A stretch of DNA of 64,000 bases. Origin: Ignavibacteria bacterium. Its GTDB lineage: Bacteria > Bacteroidota > Ignavibacteria > Kapaibacteriales > Kapaibacteriaceae. The stretch spans positions 16,887 to 80,886 of the forward strand of contig JABMNI010000011.1 of assembly GCA_013204605.1 (NCBI GenBank). The letters run 5' to 3'. Within the stretch, counting starts at the first letter, position 1. Each line of letters begins with the position of its first letter. Below, one piece after another: positions 42,055-52,153 of the stretch. Below the pieces are notes generated by a model. That model worked only from the letters and a program-made list of their open reading frames with translations. It was not told the DNA's origin and did no database searches. The translations under genes and the position numbers were made by a program.

Positions 42055-42069
42055 TACGTAACAACGCGA

Positions 42070-42789
42070 CTACTTTTTCGGAAATGCAAAGAGGTCTTCG
42101 CTTAGAGTGGAATTGGGATTAATGCTGTCCCAAGACATCGACATTAACTCGTCACCATTATGACGAATATCAATTTGTGCTGGAAGTTGAACACCGGCAA
42201 CATCCTTGAAGTTCGAATACAACATTTCTACGTCGAGATTTTGCCCCATCAAGTTCAAAGACTTGTCACACCTTACCATCAACCACGTAGCAGCGTCAAC
42301 AAATACAAAGTGAGTCTCCATTTCTTTATCAGTCACCTTAATTTTATAAGCTGTTGCACCATCTACATCTTCGGGTCCAACCAATTCCAACGTATTTCCC
42401 TTTTCGGCAATTTCGATGAACTCACCTTCTATAACATCCGACTGTGACTTCATTTGTTTAAGTTCTGCATCGGCCGACTTCTCCGCGGCACCACCACGCA
42501 TAGGGTTTAATGACCAAGCCGTAACCCCATCGTAAGCTTGTACAATTTTCATGCCTTGTACCGTGAGCTCCATTCTATACTTCGATCGAGTTGCGTAAAA
42601 TGTACTGAAAGGAATTTCCATTCCTTGCATCGACATTGTGCCGGAAATACTCAGCGACTTCAAAGACTTGATCTTACCAAGACCACCACGAGCCTCGATG
42701 TTGTTATTGATTATCTCGTCAAGCGTTATCGACTGTGCAGAAACGCTTGCTACGACAAGTATTAATGCAAACGCAAAAAGTTTATTCAT
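42070..42789 (-). CDS. LolA-like outer-membrane lipoprotein-sorting family protein (putative)
   Basis: Length is 239 aa. A signal peptide is followed by the LolA_like pattern (LDEII...IKSL.S.S..GTM...GMEIP...Y...SKYRMEL...). Confidence 0.4.
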   Translation of the reverse strand: MNKLFAFALILVVASVSAQSITLDEIINNNIEARGGLGKIKSLKSLSISGTMSMQGMEIPFSTFYATRSKYRMELTVQGMKIVQAYDGVTAWSLNPMRGGAAEKSADAELKQMKSQSDVIEGEFIEIAEKGNTLELVGPEDVDGATAYKIKVTDKEMETHFVFVDAATWLMVRCDKSLNLMGQNLDVEMLYSNFKDVAGVQLPAQIDIRHNGDELMSMSWDSINPNSTLSEDLFAFPKK

Positions 42790-42888
42790 CCCATTACTCC
42801 GTGTTTAATTATGTTGTTGCAAATTTAGGTTTCGACAATACGGAACTTTTCTGTCAGAAACCGCATAAGGATCGAAAATTGAGCACCC

Positions 42889-44333
42889 GCCAAACGTTAT
42901 TAGTGTGGATTTGTTTCATCTTACTTGCCGCTAGTTTGTCGCCACGCGTGCAAGCGCAGTTCACAGATGTGCCTGGTTTGTCAAGCGTCGACACATTGTT
43001 AACCGGTGAGTGGGCTGGGTATATACACTCATCGCGCGGTTTTCGTGTACGGTTAGTGGTTCATATCAACGCCACCAACACAGGCGTCTGCAATGTAAAC
43101 TACGACGTGCCCGAGCTCAATTGGTACGGACAGCGGGTTTCCACTACCTCTTGCTCGCTAACATCGCTAGTGTTTAATTCAGATGCTCCCGAGATATCAT
43201 TTCGAGGGGCATTTAACGAAGTTGCGTACAGTATTGAAGGTAGTTGGCGTATGCAAACAATTGCCACTGCTGTCAAACTCTATAAAGTTAGACCCATGAT
43301 TCGATTTCAAGAGCCGACTTCAGAGGCTCAATACATTGCGCGAGACATGCAGGTTGCAAATCGCGATGCAGGTGTAATTCTCAACGGTCAACTGATTGTT
43401 CCAAATGAACTACAAAAATGGCCGCTAGTAGTATTGTTGAATGATCGTGGATATCAGGATTTGAACTCGCTAAATTCAATGACGTCGCACAAACCATTCT
43501 TGGTTCTCGCGGATCAACTTGCAAAAAATGGGTGGGCCTCACTTAGAATTGAAGACCGACCCGATGATAAGTCTAACCTGTTTCATTCTATCGAATCTCA
43601 AGAATCAGATGTATTGCGAGCAATCAAAATGGCGTCGGTCGATCCAAACATCGACTCAACAAATGTTATTCTTCTGGGTCATGGTGAAGGGGGCTTAACA
43701 GCACTTCGTATAGCAACTGAATATCCGAATGTCCGAGCTGTGATTTGTGCGGGAACGCCTGCTATTAGTGGAGACACTATGTACCTTCATAGAATTGCAG
43801 CCTTCGAAGACCTGGAAGAAACAGATCAGAAGATTGTAAATGTAGTTCTCGGTATGGCTGGGAGGTGGATAGATGTGGTAAAAACCACCAATGACGATTC
43901 CGTAGCCAGTTTTGCGATAGGTGAAATTATTGACGAAACAATGAGATCGAATTCTGTCTTGATGTCGACGTACAAACAATCGTATACCCTGGTCGGCCGC
44001 AACAGAGTCCAATATATCCAGACCGTTTTGATTCCGTGGATACGCGACTATTTATTGGTTAACCCCAAACCACTCATTGAGAATTGCAATAAACCAATAC
44101 TTTGTTTGTTAGCTGAAAAAGATTCGCACGTACCAACAACAAGTAACTTGGCTGCTTGGACTGGTTTTGCAAGATCCAACAAAGGGATTGATGTGCACGT
44201 GATCAACAACGTGAATCATGAGTTTCAAACGTGTATTGATTGTACTGCAGATGAGTCTGCGCGAACTGCTGAAACAACTAATGTCTCTTTTTTACAGTTT
44301 CTAACAAACTGGTTAGGTACGTTTGTTAATTAA
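42889..44333 (+). CDS. Secreted alpha/beta-hydrolase-fold-like protein with atypical nucleophile elbow
   Basis: I prefer the TTG start at 42889, which gives a clean signal peptide (LSTRQTLLVWICFILLAASLSPRVQAQ) with AAGGA upstream. The track's extended start at 42735 overlaps the upstream gene. The C-terminal half looks like an a/b hydrolase, but it has LLGHGEGG where G-x-S-x-G is expected. Confidence 0.4.
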
Positions 44334-45058
44334 TTTGACGCTTCTATAACGCTGGCGAATTGATTTTCTTCCACAACGGCCCTACAACAAACAAGTTTAC
44401 CTTTCTCGTTGAGTCGTATAACCAAAACTTCGTTTTCTAGCATCCCACTCAATGCTTTAGTGAAGCTCTGAACATTGTCAGAAATTGTTAACGTTGACAT
44501 TGAACGCTTCATGATTTCCATTGAGCCAGTCATAACTAAAACAACAGAGTCATTTTCAACATAGAAATTCGCAATGTCTGTAGGAGTCAACGCATCTAAC
44601 TCTACCGGGGTTACAGAAACTCCGAGTTCTTTTGCAGCTGCATACGAAAGGTCAACAACGCGTTTTCTAATAAATGGTCCGCGGTCTGTTACTTCAACAA
44701 TAATGGTCTTTCCGTTAAGCGGATTAACAACTTTGAGTAACGTGCCGAAAGGAAGTGTCTTATGTGCTGCCGTCATGGCATGCATGTCGTACTTCGAACC
44801 CGAAGCGGTACGCCTGCCATGAAACCCTGGACCATACCATGAAGCTAATCCATCCACTACTTCACTGTAATCTGCATATTCAACTACCGTAACTTGTTCT
44901 AACTTAGCGGCTACTGCATGCTGAATAATCTGTTCTGGTATACCGTGTGCTTGTGCGCTTGATGCCTTTATTAACATGCTTATCGCCATCACAGCTACTA
45001 GAACTATAAGGAAAACAAACAGTAATATGACACTCTTATTTGATTTTGTTATCGTCAT
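44330..45058 (-). CDS. RlpA-like double-psi beta-barrel (DPBB) lipoprotein
   Basis: An N-terminal TM/signal is present. The DPBB core ASWYGPGFHGRRTASGSKYDMHAMTAAHKTLPFGTLLKVVNPLNGKTIIVEVTDRGPF is present. Confidence 0.75.
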   Translation of the reverse strand: MTITKSNKSVILLFVFLIVLVAVMAISMLIKASSAQAHGIPEQIIQHAVAAKLEQVTVVEYADYSEVVDGLASWYGPGFHGRRTASGSKYDMHAMTAAHKTLPFGTLLKVVNPLNGKTIIVEVTDRGPFIRKRVVDLSYAAAKELGVSVTPVELDALTPTDIANFYVENDSVVLVMTGSMEIMKRSMSTLTISDNVQSFTKALSGMLENEVLVIRLNEKGKLVCCRAVVEENQFASVIEASN

Positions 45059-45263
45059 CAGGGTTATTCTCCCGCATAAATTCAGGATGTCTCGCTTATC
45101 GCATTGTTACCCTAAACAAATACGTTTGATTTACTCCAAAACAAACCACCTAAATGCGGCCATGTCTCTTTAGATGACAGCAAAACAATGACCTTTTCAT
45201 CTAGTAACCAATGAATCTACCGTGAATAGTTTTTCACAAATAGTTTTTTTCGCACGTAAGACG

Positions 45264-46154
45264 ATGAAACGTCTGGTATTTAGCCCGGTACCAACGCTGT
45301 GCGTTTTCCACATTTTTTTCCACATTTGCTGTGTCGCTCAGGTGGATGATGTTGATAAACATGATTCATCAGACACAACTGACCACACTGTAACTGCATG
45401 GAAAATTGGGCTAGTAGGTGGGTTATCCACAGGGTCGTTTGTTGTCGGCCATGTACTGTTGAATTCGCTTTGGTGGAAGGGCACTCGTGTGGATTTCCAC
45501 GTGAATAGTAGTCAAGACTATTTGTATTCACTCAACGCTGACAAATTGGGACATCTATATTTTGCTTCAACTGCTTCGACAGTTTATTCCGACTTGTTTA
45601 GGTGGACGGGAATGGATTCTGCAGCGTCGGCTTGGGGCGGAGCGGGAGTTGCCATAGCGTACCAAACGTACATTGAAATTCGAGATGGATTTTCTGCCGA
45701 CTACGGATTTTCTTGGGGTGATATGGCAGCGAATTTTGTTGGTGCATCTGTTCCCGTTCTAAAGCACTATTATCCCAATCTCCGACCTCTGGAATTACAG
45801 GTTTCTTATTGGCCTTCAACCGCATTTCGAAACGGCCAATACAATGCAATAATCGATGACTACACATCGGCAACAAATTGGCTAGCGGTTTCTGTTTACG
45901 ATTACCTACCAGAAGAAGCGCAAAAGTGGTATCCATCTTGGCTGGGACTTGCTATTGGTCATTCTGTTGAAAACATAGATGGCAGAGGCGGCGGCAATCA
46001 TACCCTGTATCTTTCCTTTGATTGGAACCTCCAAAAAATACATGGGTTACCGGAGTGGGCAGCTTCGTTATTGCGAGTAGTGCATTTATATCATTTGCCG
46101 GCACCAGCAATCAAGATTTATCCGAACGTTGTTTGGTATGGTCTACGTTTTTAA
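45264..46154 (+). CDS. Hypothetical secreted/membrane-associated protein
   Basis: ATG at 45264 gives MKRLVFSPVPTLCVFHIFF..., whereas the track's GTG at 45222 adds 14 aa. The protein is aromatic-rich and possibly DUF2279-like. No confident family could be assigned. Confidence 0.35.
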   Translation: MKRLVFSPVPTLCVFHIFFHICCVAQVDDVDKHDSSDTTDHTVTAWKIGLVGGLSTGSFVVGHVLLNSLWWKGTRVDFHVNSSQDYLYSLNADKLGHLYFASTASTVYSDLFRWTGMDSAASAWGGAGVAIAYQTYIEIRDGFSADYGFSWGDMAANFVGASVPVLKHYYPNLRPLELQVSYWPSTAFRNGQYNAIIDDYTSATNWLAVSVYDYLPEEAQKWYPSWLGLAIGHSVENIDGRGGGNHTLYLSFDWNLQKIHGLPEWAASLLRVVHLYHLPAPAIKIYPNVVWYGLRF

Positions 46155-46601
46155 AATCAACATCCAACTCACATCGACATCCAACTCAAAGTTTAACAAG
46201 AAACACAGAGCCCCCTACAATGAAAAATGTAGACCCCGGAATTTCGGAGTACATTGATAACGCCGCCGTGTTTGCTATACCTAATCTTGGTGCGGCTTAG
46301 ACTATCAGTGCACACTGCTTGCGGTTTTTGGGATGCGAAAGCTATTTCGAAAAACGACGGGGTTCTTCAGTTAACTGACCGAGAGGCCATTGGGCATTTT
46401 GGACGCATTACTTCACTAAAGGACTTGCCCAACAACACAGTTTTGATTGATATGATTTCGCAAGCCGCTGCAAATCGTTTAGCTGAAATGCCCAAAAGCA
46501 AGAAGGTTGCTAAAACGATAGGCGAGAAAATTGAACGCGGCCGATGAGAGAATATTTTTAATGAGGTTTTGGGCAGCGATTGATTTGGATGGCGGAGGGG
46601 G

Positions 46602-48332
46602 CTATCCGTTTGCTTCGCCACAGTCCTTTAAAACCGCCATTTCTATTCGTCTGTTTTGAGCGCGAATGGATTCTTGCTGCTCCTTGGTCATACTTTTCAT
46701 CTGGGCTGGCGTTGGCTCTTTCACTCGCGGCATTGCTGATCCGTATCCAACAGCGCCTCTAATTTTATTTGGGCTAATCCCCTGTTGTAATAGCCACTGG
46801 CGCACCTTGTGGGCACGAAGATTTGACAAGTCCTTATTACGTTGCGGTGGACCATCGGCTGATGCGTGTCCTTCAATCATCACTTGCAATTCGTCGCAAC
46901 TTTCCTCTAAGTATGAAAGCAGTTCTCTGAGATTTTTTTCGGTTTCCGGAAAATCGAAATCAAATTCATCTGTATTGACTTTGAATCTGATGTCCTTTTG
47001 GAACGATCGGCGCTTATTTGGGGTAGGCAATGGTGCTGGTGGAGGAGTCTCAACCTTTGGTTCCGGGATGGGCGATGTAGTAGGCTTTAGCTCCGGAGCC
47101 GGCTGAGGCATAGGTGCCGGATTGGCATATGGGGGAATGCCACCTCCACCACCGCAACCTTCACACCTAATTGAAGGTTCTGGGTCCTTTGAATCAATCA
47201 ATCCGTCGCCGTCTGTATCCGGATTTAGCGGGTTGGTCTGATATCTACAACTCAGCTCATCTGCATCTTCTATTCCATCACCATCAGTATCTTTTTTCAA
47301 AGGATCGGTTTTGTAACGCAATACTTCTTCGCCATCAAAGAGTCTGTCGTTATCCGTGTCGACATTCGTTGGATTTGTTCTATACGTTATTACCTCTACA
47401 CCGTCCGGCAGCCCATCGCCATCAGTGTCTGCCAACAATGGGTTCGTGTTTAACTCAAGTACTTCTTCCCCATCCGTCAACCCATCTCCATCGGTGTCTC
47501 TTCTTAACGGGTCTGTTTTGTGCAGCATGATTTCATCGCCATCTGTCAGGCCGTCACCGTCGGTATCCGCTTTGAACGGATTTGTACCAAATTCTCGTTC
47601 ACGTCTTGTAGGAACTCCATCACCGTCAGGATCTCGATCTCCAGTAAAATGGTACGTCAATCCACCCTGCAACATGGCAATTTGATCGGTCCCGGCAGCT
47701 GATTTATAATCGTCGAGCCACTCCGTCATTGTAAAACGATAGGACCCTTTTGCTGTGAAAGATAAATCGTCGGTTATGTAAAGATTAAATCCAGCAATCA
47801 ATGGAAATGCCCAGGTCCATTTATCATATTTACCAGCGCTGTTATTCGGCAAGGATTCGTGTTGACGTCTATTTGTTGGTGAAAAGTCAACTATACCAAC
47901 ACCAACACCAATGAAAGGTACTATGTCTTGGTTCGGTAAAATATTCCATACGCTGGTAAACTCGTAAATCGATACCCTACTTTGATTGAATTCCTCGATG
48001 GTTGCATATGTACCTGGGTATAAATCTCCGTACGATGCCCCTTGACCGAAGTATTGTGGAAGTGAGGCCAAGGCAGAAGGGGTAACTCGCCACTTTATCT
48101 GACCCAAGGTTACACCTAATCCTAACGTAAGGGGCCTAATAGGAGTAAACGTTAGAGCCATTTCCGCGGCCGGCCCAAAAGGGTCGTTGGTAAAATCACC
48201 ATAATACTTAGTTACGCCGCCAGTTATCCCCAAGCCAAGCTCTAAATCCCGCGTCTGCGATTCAACTTGTAACGTGCAGCAAACAAGGGCAGTTGCAAGA
48301 GTATATAAACAAAGTGTCTTGGACATTATCAT
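46602..48332 (-). CDS. OmpA-family outer membrane protein with thrombospondin type-3 (Ca-binding) repeats
   Basis: It has an N-terminal beta-barrel-like region. At least 8 D-x-D-x-D-G-x-x-D-x-x-E repeats (DTDGDGLTDGEE, DTDGDGLPDGVE and others) follow, then a Pro-rich linker. The C-terminal OmpA/MotB peptidoglycan-binding domain contains EGHASADG. Confidence 0.8.
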   Translation of the reverse strand: MIMSKTLCLYTLATALVCCTLQVESQTRDLELGLGITGGVTKYYGDFTNDPFGPAAEMALTFTPIRPLTLGLGVTLGQIKWRVTPSALASLPQYFGQGASYGDLYPGTYATIEEFNQSRVSIYEFTSVWNILPNQDIVPFIGVGVGIVDFSPTNRRQHESLPNNSAGKYDKWTWAFPLIAGFNLYITDDLSFTAKGSYRFTMTEWLDDYKSAAGTDQIAMLQGGLTYHFTGDRDPDGDGVPTRREREFGTNPFKADTDGDGLTDGDEIMLHKTDPLRRDTDGDGLTDGEEVLELNTNPLLADTDGDGLPDGVEVITYRTNPTNVDTDNDRLFDGEEVLRYKTDPLKKDTDGDGIEDADELSCRYQTNPLNPDTDGDGLIDSKDPEPSIRCEGCGGGGGIPPYANPAPMPQPAPELKPTTSPIPEPKVETPPPAPLPTPNKRRSFQKDIRFKVNTDEFDFDFPETEKNLRELLSYLEESCDELQVMIEGHASADGPPQRNKDLSNLRAHKVRQWLLQQGISPNKIRGAVGYGSAMPRVKEPTPAQMKSMTKEQQESIRAQNRRIEMAVLKDCGEANG

Positions 48333-48452
48333 ATTCTTTCCACGGTGTGTGGATAACGTGTTAATCCGAATGTGGACAAACAATTTAGCAAGAACTGTGC
48401 CTATCCACTACAATTCGATCGCTAAATAGTCCGAATTTCTTTAACTGCCTGT

Positions 48453-48998
48453 CTATAGGGCAGCCAGAATTGCCGAATTCACGTCTTCTACGCTACCCAG
48501 GCCATCAACGGACACTATTTTACCGATATCCTCATAATACTGGAGTAATGGTTCGGTTTCCTGCTGGTACACATTAAGTCTGTAGTCTATCACTTCCCTC
48601 GAATCATCCGCCCTGCCTCTCAAAAGCAGTCTTTCCGCAATTGTGGCGTGATCAACGCAAATATTAACCACTTTGCCTATTTCCAGACCTTTGGCATCCA
48701 AAAGCTCATTCAAAGCCTCCGCTTGAGGCTTCGTCCTAGGAAAGCCATCTAAAATGACTCCGTTTGAGAACGAAGGATCCGAAAGTGTCTCTTCAACAAT
48801 TCGTGCTACCACATCATCGGGAACGAGCGCACCGGCATCAACGAAGCCTTTTGCGAGTAGTCCGATTGGAGTACTGTTTTTTATTGCTTTTCGAAAAGCG
48901 TCCCCGGTACTAAGGTGAGCAACACCCAATTTCTCAGCTAGTATTGCTGCTTGAGTACCTTTCCCCACTCCAGGGGCTCCAAACAGAATTATTATCAT
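48453..48998 (-). CDS. adk: Adenylate kinase
   Basis: The protein begins MIIILFGAPGVGKGTQA (the P-loop). Length is about 181 aa with the short LID form. Confidence 0.9.
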   Translation of the reverse strand: MIIILFGAPGVGKGTQAAILAEKLGVAHLSTGDAFRKAIKNSTPIGLLAKGFVDAGALVPDDVVARIVEETLSDPSFSNGVILDGFPRTKPQAEALNELLDAKGLEIGKVVNICVDHATIAERLLLRGRADDSREVIDYRLNVYQQETEPLLQYYEDIGKIVSVDGLGSVEDVNSAILAAL

Positions 48999-49076
48999 GG
49001 CACGAAGATACAAAAACCGAGTGTGTACAATGAGTTAAGGCAACAAATCTCACCAATTAGTCTTATAACTTTAAAA

Positions 49077-49841
49077 TCAATCAAAAAATTCCGCATCAAA
49101 AACTGAAGTGTAGGGTGCTGAATATTTCGACAACACCTGTAGCGTAGCAGTAAAATCCTTTGGGTATGGTGCTTCGTAACTTACTTTCTGGAGCGTGCCC
49201 GGATGTATAAACGACAATGTTCTAGCATGTAAGGTTTGACGCTCAATAATCGGTTTTTCTTCAGAATTCTTAGCAAGATTGTACCGTCTCTTAATCGAGG
49301 AAAGTAGAAACTGAGTACTCTTTCCATAATCAGCGTCAACAAGCAGAGGGTGACCAATAGCCGCGCAATGAACTCGTATTTGGTGCTGTCTTCCAGTTAT
49401 CAACCTACACTCCAGCAACGTAGCCACTCGAAACTTTTGTAATACCTTAACCACGGTATGAGCTTCTTTGCCACGCGCCGTAGGCTTCATCAATCCTTTG
49501 CGTTTCGGGTCGGGCGCCATTGGTATATCAATGGGAAATTCCGGCTTATCTATTATTCCACCAACTATGGCATGGTATAGTTTCTGTACGCTGTGACTTC
49601 CAAACTGCTCACTCAAATTACGGTGACTCTCAGCAGTTTTTCCAACCACCATTATCCCCGATGTGTATTTATCCAAACGGTGGACTATAAACGCATGTCC
49701 CATTTTTTCCGTCAACATAGTCCTCACATTGGGCAGCGAGTCATCAAATCTATCCGGCAAGCTCAGCATTCCAGCGGCCTTATCAATCACAATTATATCG
49801 TCATCCTCATGGACAACCGCGTATGTCATTTTCTTTATCAC
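49077..49841 (-). CDS. RluA-family pseudouridine synthase
   Basis: The catalytic-Asp motif HRLDKYTSGIMVV is present. Confidence 0.8.
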   Translation of the reverse strand: MIKKMTYAVVHEDDDIIVIDKAAGMLSLPDRFDDSLPNVRTMLTEKMGHAFIVHRLDKYTSGIMVVGKTAESHRNLSEQFGSHSVQKLYHAIVGGIIDKPEFPIDIPMAPDPKRKGLMKPTARGKEAHTVVKVLQKFRVATLLECRLITGRQHQIRVHCAAIGHPLLVDADYGKSTQFLLSSIKRRYNLAKNSEEKPIIERQTLHARTLSFIHPGTLQKVSYEAPYPKDFTATLQVLSKYSAPYTSVFDAEFFD

Positions 49842-50713
49842 GTAAACACTCCACTTGCTGCTAACAGCGTATTTTTCAACAACAACGCTCTGGTCATCGG
49901 ACCAACTCCACCAGGTACTGGTGTTATAGCAGATACCTTTTCATATACATCCTCGAAATCCACATCGCCCGTTAAACCAAAAGTTCCATCCGGTTTTTCA
50001 TACCTATTAATTCCCACATCAATCACCACCGCGCCAGTTTTCACATGTTTTGACGTAATCAGGTGCCTACTTCCTACTGCCGCAATCAATATATCCGCAC
50101 GCTTCGTGTACGATTCAAGATCCTCCGTAGCCGAATGGCAGATTGCAACCGTCGAATTTCCTGGCAATTTTTTTTGTGCTAGTAACATTGCAAGGGGCTT
50201 ACCCACAATGTTGCTCCTACCCACAATAACAACATGCTTTCCCGAAGTAGGTATATCGTATCTACGCAACATTTCAACAACGCCTGCTGGTGTGCAAGGT
50301 ACAAATCCGGGCAACCCAATTACCAGTTTACCAACGTTGACCGGATGAAATCCATCAACATCTTTTAACGGATTTATACTCTGTAAAACTCTTTGCTCAT
50401 TTATCTGTTTGGGCAGCGGTAGTTGCACCAAGATACCGTCGACCTTCCGATCCTCGTTCCACAAGTTTACAATGGCCACCACCTCTTCTTCGCTTGCTGT
50501 ATCTGGCAGTCTAACGATGGTACTAACTATACCAACCTGTTCACAATCTTTTGACTTATACCGAACATAAATTTCGGACGCAGGATCAGAACCAACAAGT
50601 AACAGGTTAAGTCCTGGCGCAGGTTTCCCTTGCTTGAGAATTACTTCAACTTCGTACTTAACTTCCGAACGAACTTCCGCAGCAAGTTTTTTACCGTCTA
50701 TCAATAACGACAT
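49838..50713 (-). CDS. folD: Bifunctional methylenetetrahydrofolate dehydrogenase/methenyl-THF cyclohydrolase
   Basis: Length is 291 aa. The N-terminus starts with MSLLIDGKKLAAEVR. GRSNIVGKP is also present. Confidence 0.9.
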   Translation of the reverse strand: MSLLIDGKKLAAEVRSEVKYEVEVILKQGKPAPGLNLLLVGSDPASEIYVRYKSKDCEQVGIVSTIVRLPDTASEEEVVAIVNLWNEDRKVDGILVQLPLPKQINEQRVLQSINPLKDVDGFHPVNVGKLVIGLPGFVPCTPAGVVEMLRRYDIPTSGKHVVIVGRSNIVGKPLAMLLAQKKLPGNSTVAICHSATEDLESYTKRADILIAAVGSRHLITSKHVKTGAVVIDVGINRYEKPDGTFGLTGDVDFEDVYEKVSAITPVPGGVGPMTRALLLKNTLLAASGVFT

Positions 50714-52153
50714 TTAATTTGTACCCATCTGTTTTTTCAACACTAGTTCTCTCCACGGTGCTTTAACTACGCGCATCAAATACACCCTCTCAATTCCCAT
50801 AGCTCTGCGAGCACCGGATTGTATTGACAGCACCATGAGCACCTCCGTCCAAAAATATCCTGAAACAAAGGAATTACCAGCCACACCTATTAGCATAACA
50901 AATAATATTCTTATTGTGATAAATGGGAGTAAAGTTTCAACGGCTTCATTCTTATTGCCAGTAATTTCTGTCCATTTTCTTTCATCTAGAAAAGTTCTTA
51001 TCACTATAATCAGTAAAAACGATAGAAATATTACAAACCCAACGCCCCCTAACTCGGCGGCAACACTACCGTATGTAGTTGAAGGAAACTGAAGTTCGTT
51101 TTGTTTACCTGTGAGAGTCTTACCAAAATTTCCGGGGCCGGCGCCAAAAAACGGATACTCTTTCATCACTTCATATGAAACCTGATAATCGTCAACCCGC
51201 TGCGACATCGATTCCCCAATTACCGCTGTTTCACTATCGCCAGAGGCATTCCCGGCTATAATGGATCCAATTCTAATCGTAAACATTTCAACTACACTAA
51301 CTGCTAGGTACTTGTGAATAACACTGTCTGCGCCAACAATAATCAAGGCGGATACCCCTAAGGTTAAAATCAATTTTTTCCACGCTCTTTTCCAATAAAG
51401 CACCATGCATACACCAATGCAACAACTCGTCAACAAAACACCCGTAATGGAAAACGCTATGAAAACTCCAAGCATTGTTCCCACAAGAACAATCCAAAAA
51501 AGAGTCCTTGATCTGATAATCGCCTGTGAGCCTCTAAAGAGAGGGACCAATAACAAACTCAACGCTGAAGCACTATACGCAGCTAATGCCGAAGGTTCAC
51601 TGAAAAATGATGTAGCTCTGAAAAACCCACCAAACTGAAGTGCCAATTGATTGGATGAAGTAACATCGTCGGTGCCCCTTGAGAACGACGCATTACTAAT
51701 TTCGATCCACGCAAATGGCCACCCCAAGGGACGCGCCGCAATTTGGTAAAGTCCATACACAGCCACAATCAATGCTATCATCAACTGAAACCGCAAAACT
51801 TTTACCCATGTTTCCGGTGGAATTGGCACACAATACGCCAAAAACGCAAATAGCCAGAGGTATAAAAAATGAGCTAACGTTTTAGAAGTTTGGATGCCCA
51901 TTTCAGTGTTACCCGATACCACAACCGATGCCGCAGAGAGTAACATGATACCCAACATAGCCACTAATCCGTATGTCTCAATACGTTGAGGAATTTCAAG
52001 TGAGTTGCCTAGCCAAATAGTGTAGTACCCTACGTACAGAATCACGCAGATTTCAAACACATCCCCCATACCCATTCCAAAGGTACCTATTGCAATAACG
52101 TGGAAAAACCCAAAGGCTCCGCCAAATGCAATCAATGTGAGCAGCAGTCTCAT
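50714..52153 (-). CDS. Polytopic membrane protein, O-antigen ligase/polymerase-like (Wzy_C-like)
   Basis: There are about 11 TM helices. A central periplasmic loop sits next to the motif [17 protein letters not shown]-terminal soluble region follows. Confidence 0.4.
   Translation of the reverse strand: MRLLLTLIAFGGAFGFFHVIAIGTFGMGMGDVFEICVILYVGYYTIWLGNSLEIPQRIETYGLVAMLGIMLLSAASVVVSGNTEMGIQTSKTLAHFLYLWLFAFLAYCVPIPPETWVKVLRFQLMIALIVAVYGLYQIAARPLGWPFAWIEISNASFSRGTDDVTSSNQLALQFGGFFRATSFFSEPSALAAYSASALSLLLVPLFRGSQAIIRSRTLFWIVLVGTMLGVFIAFSITGVLLTSCCIGVCMVLYWKRAWKKLILTLGVSALIIVGADSVIHKYLAVSVVEMFTIRIGSIIAGNASGDSETAVIGESMSQRVDDYQVSYEVMKEYPFFGAGPGNFGKTLTGKQNELQFPSTTYGSVAAELGGVGFVIFLSFLLIIVIRTFLDERKWTEITGNKNEAVETLLPFITIRILFVMLIGVAGNSFVSGYFWTEVLMVLSIQSGARRAMGIERVYLMRVVKAPWRELVLKKQMGTN

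Noticed and set aside
42735-42888. Track start (42735) for the a/b-hydrolase-like gene, and similar long N-terminal extensions at 57002 (protease), 56287-57162 (pyrF), 23522 (M24 peptidase), 1689 and 45222
   Set aside because: These extensions overlap neighbouring genes or a terminator. They start on GTG/TTG and lack signal peptides. Downstream ATG or TTG starts give canonical N-termini such as signal peptides and lipoboxes.
46254-46547. 97-aa TTG-initiated ORF in the 450-nt gap (and the 84-aa minus-strand ORF at 46367-46621)
   Set aside because: There is no recognisable family, no clear RBS, and the two ORFs overlap each other. I left the region as an unannotated gap flagged in the findings.
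47160-47700. Plus-strand ORFs (47171-47530, 47356-47685, 47520-47702) and apparent DNA repeats
   Set aside because: They lie antisense to the OmpA/TSP3 gene and arise from its periodic DxDxDG-coding repeats. They are low complexity with no independent support.
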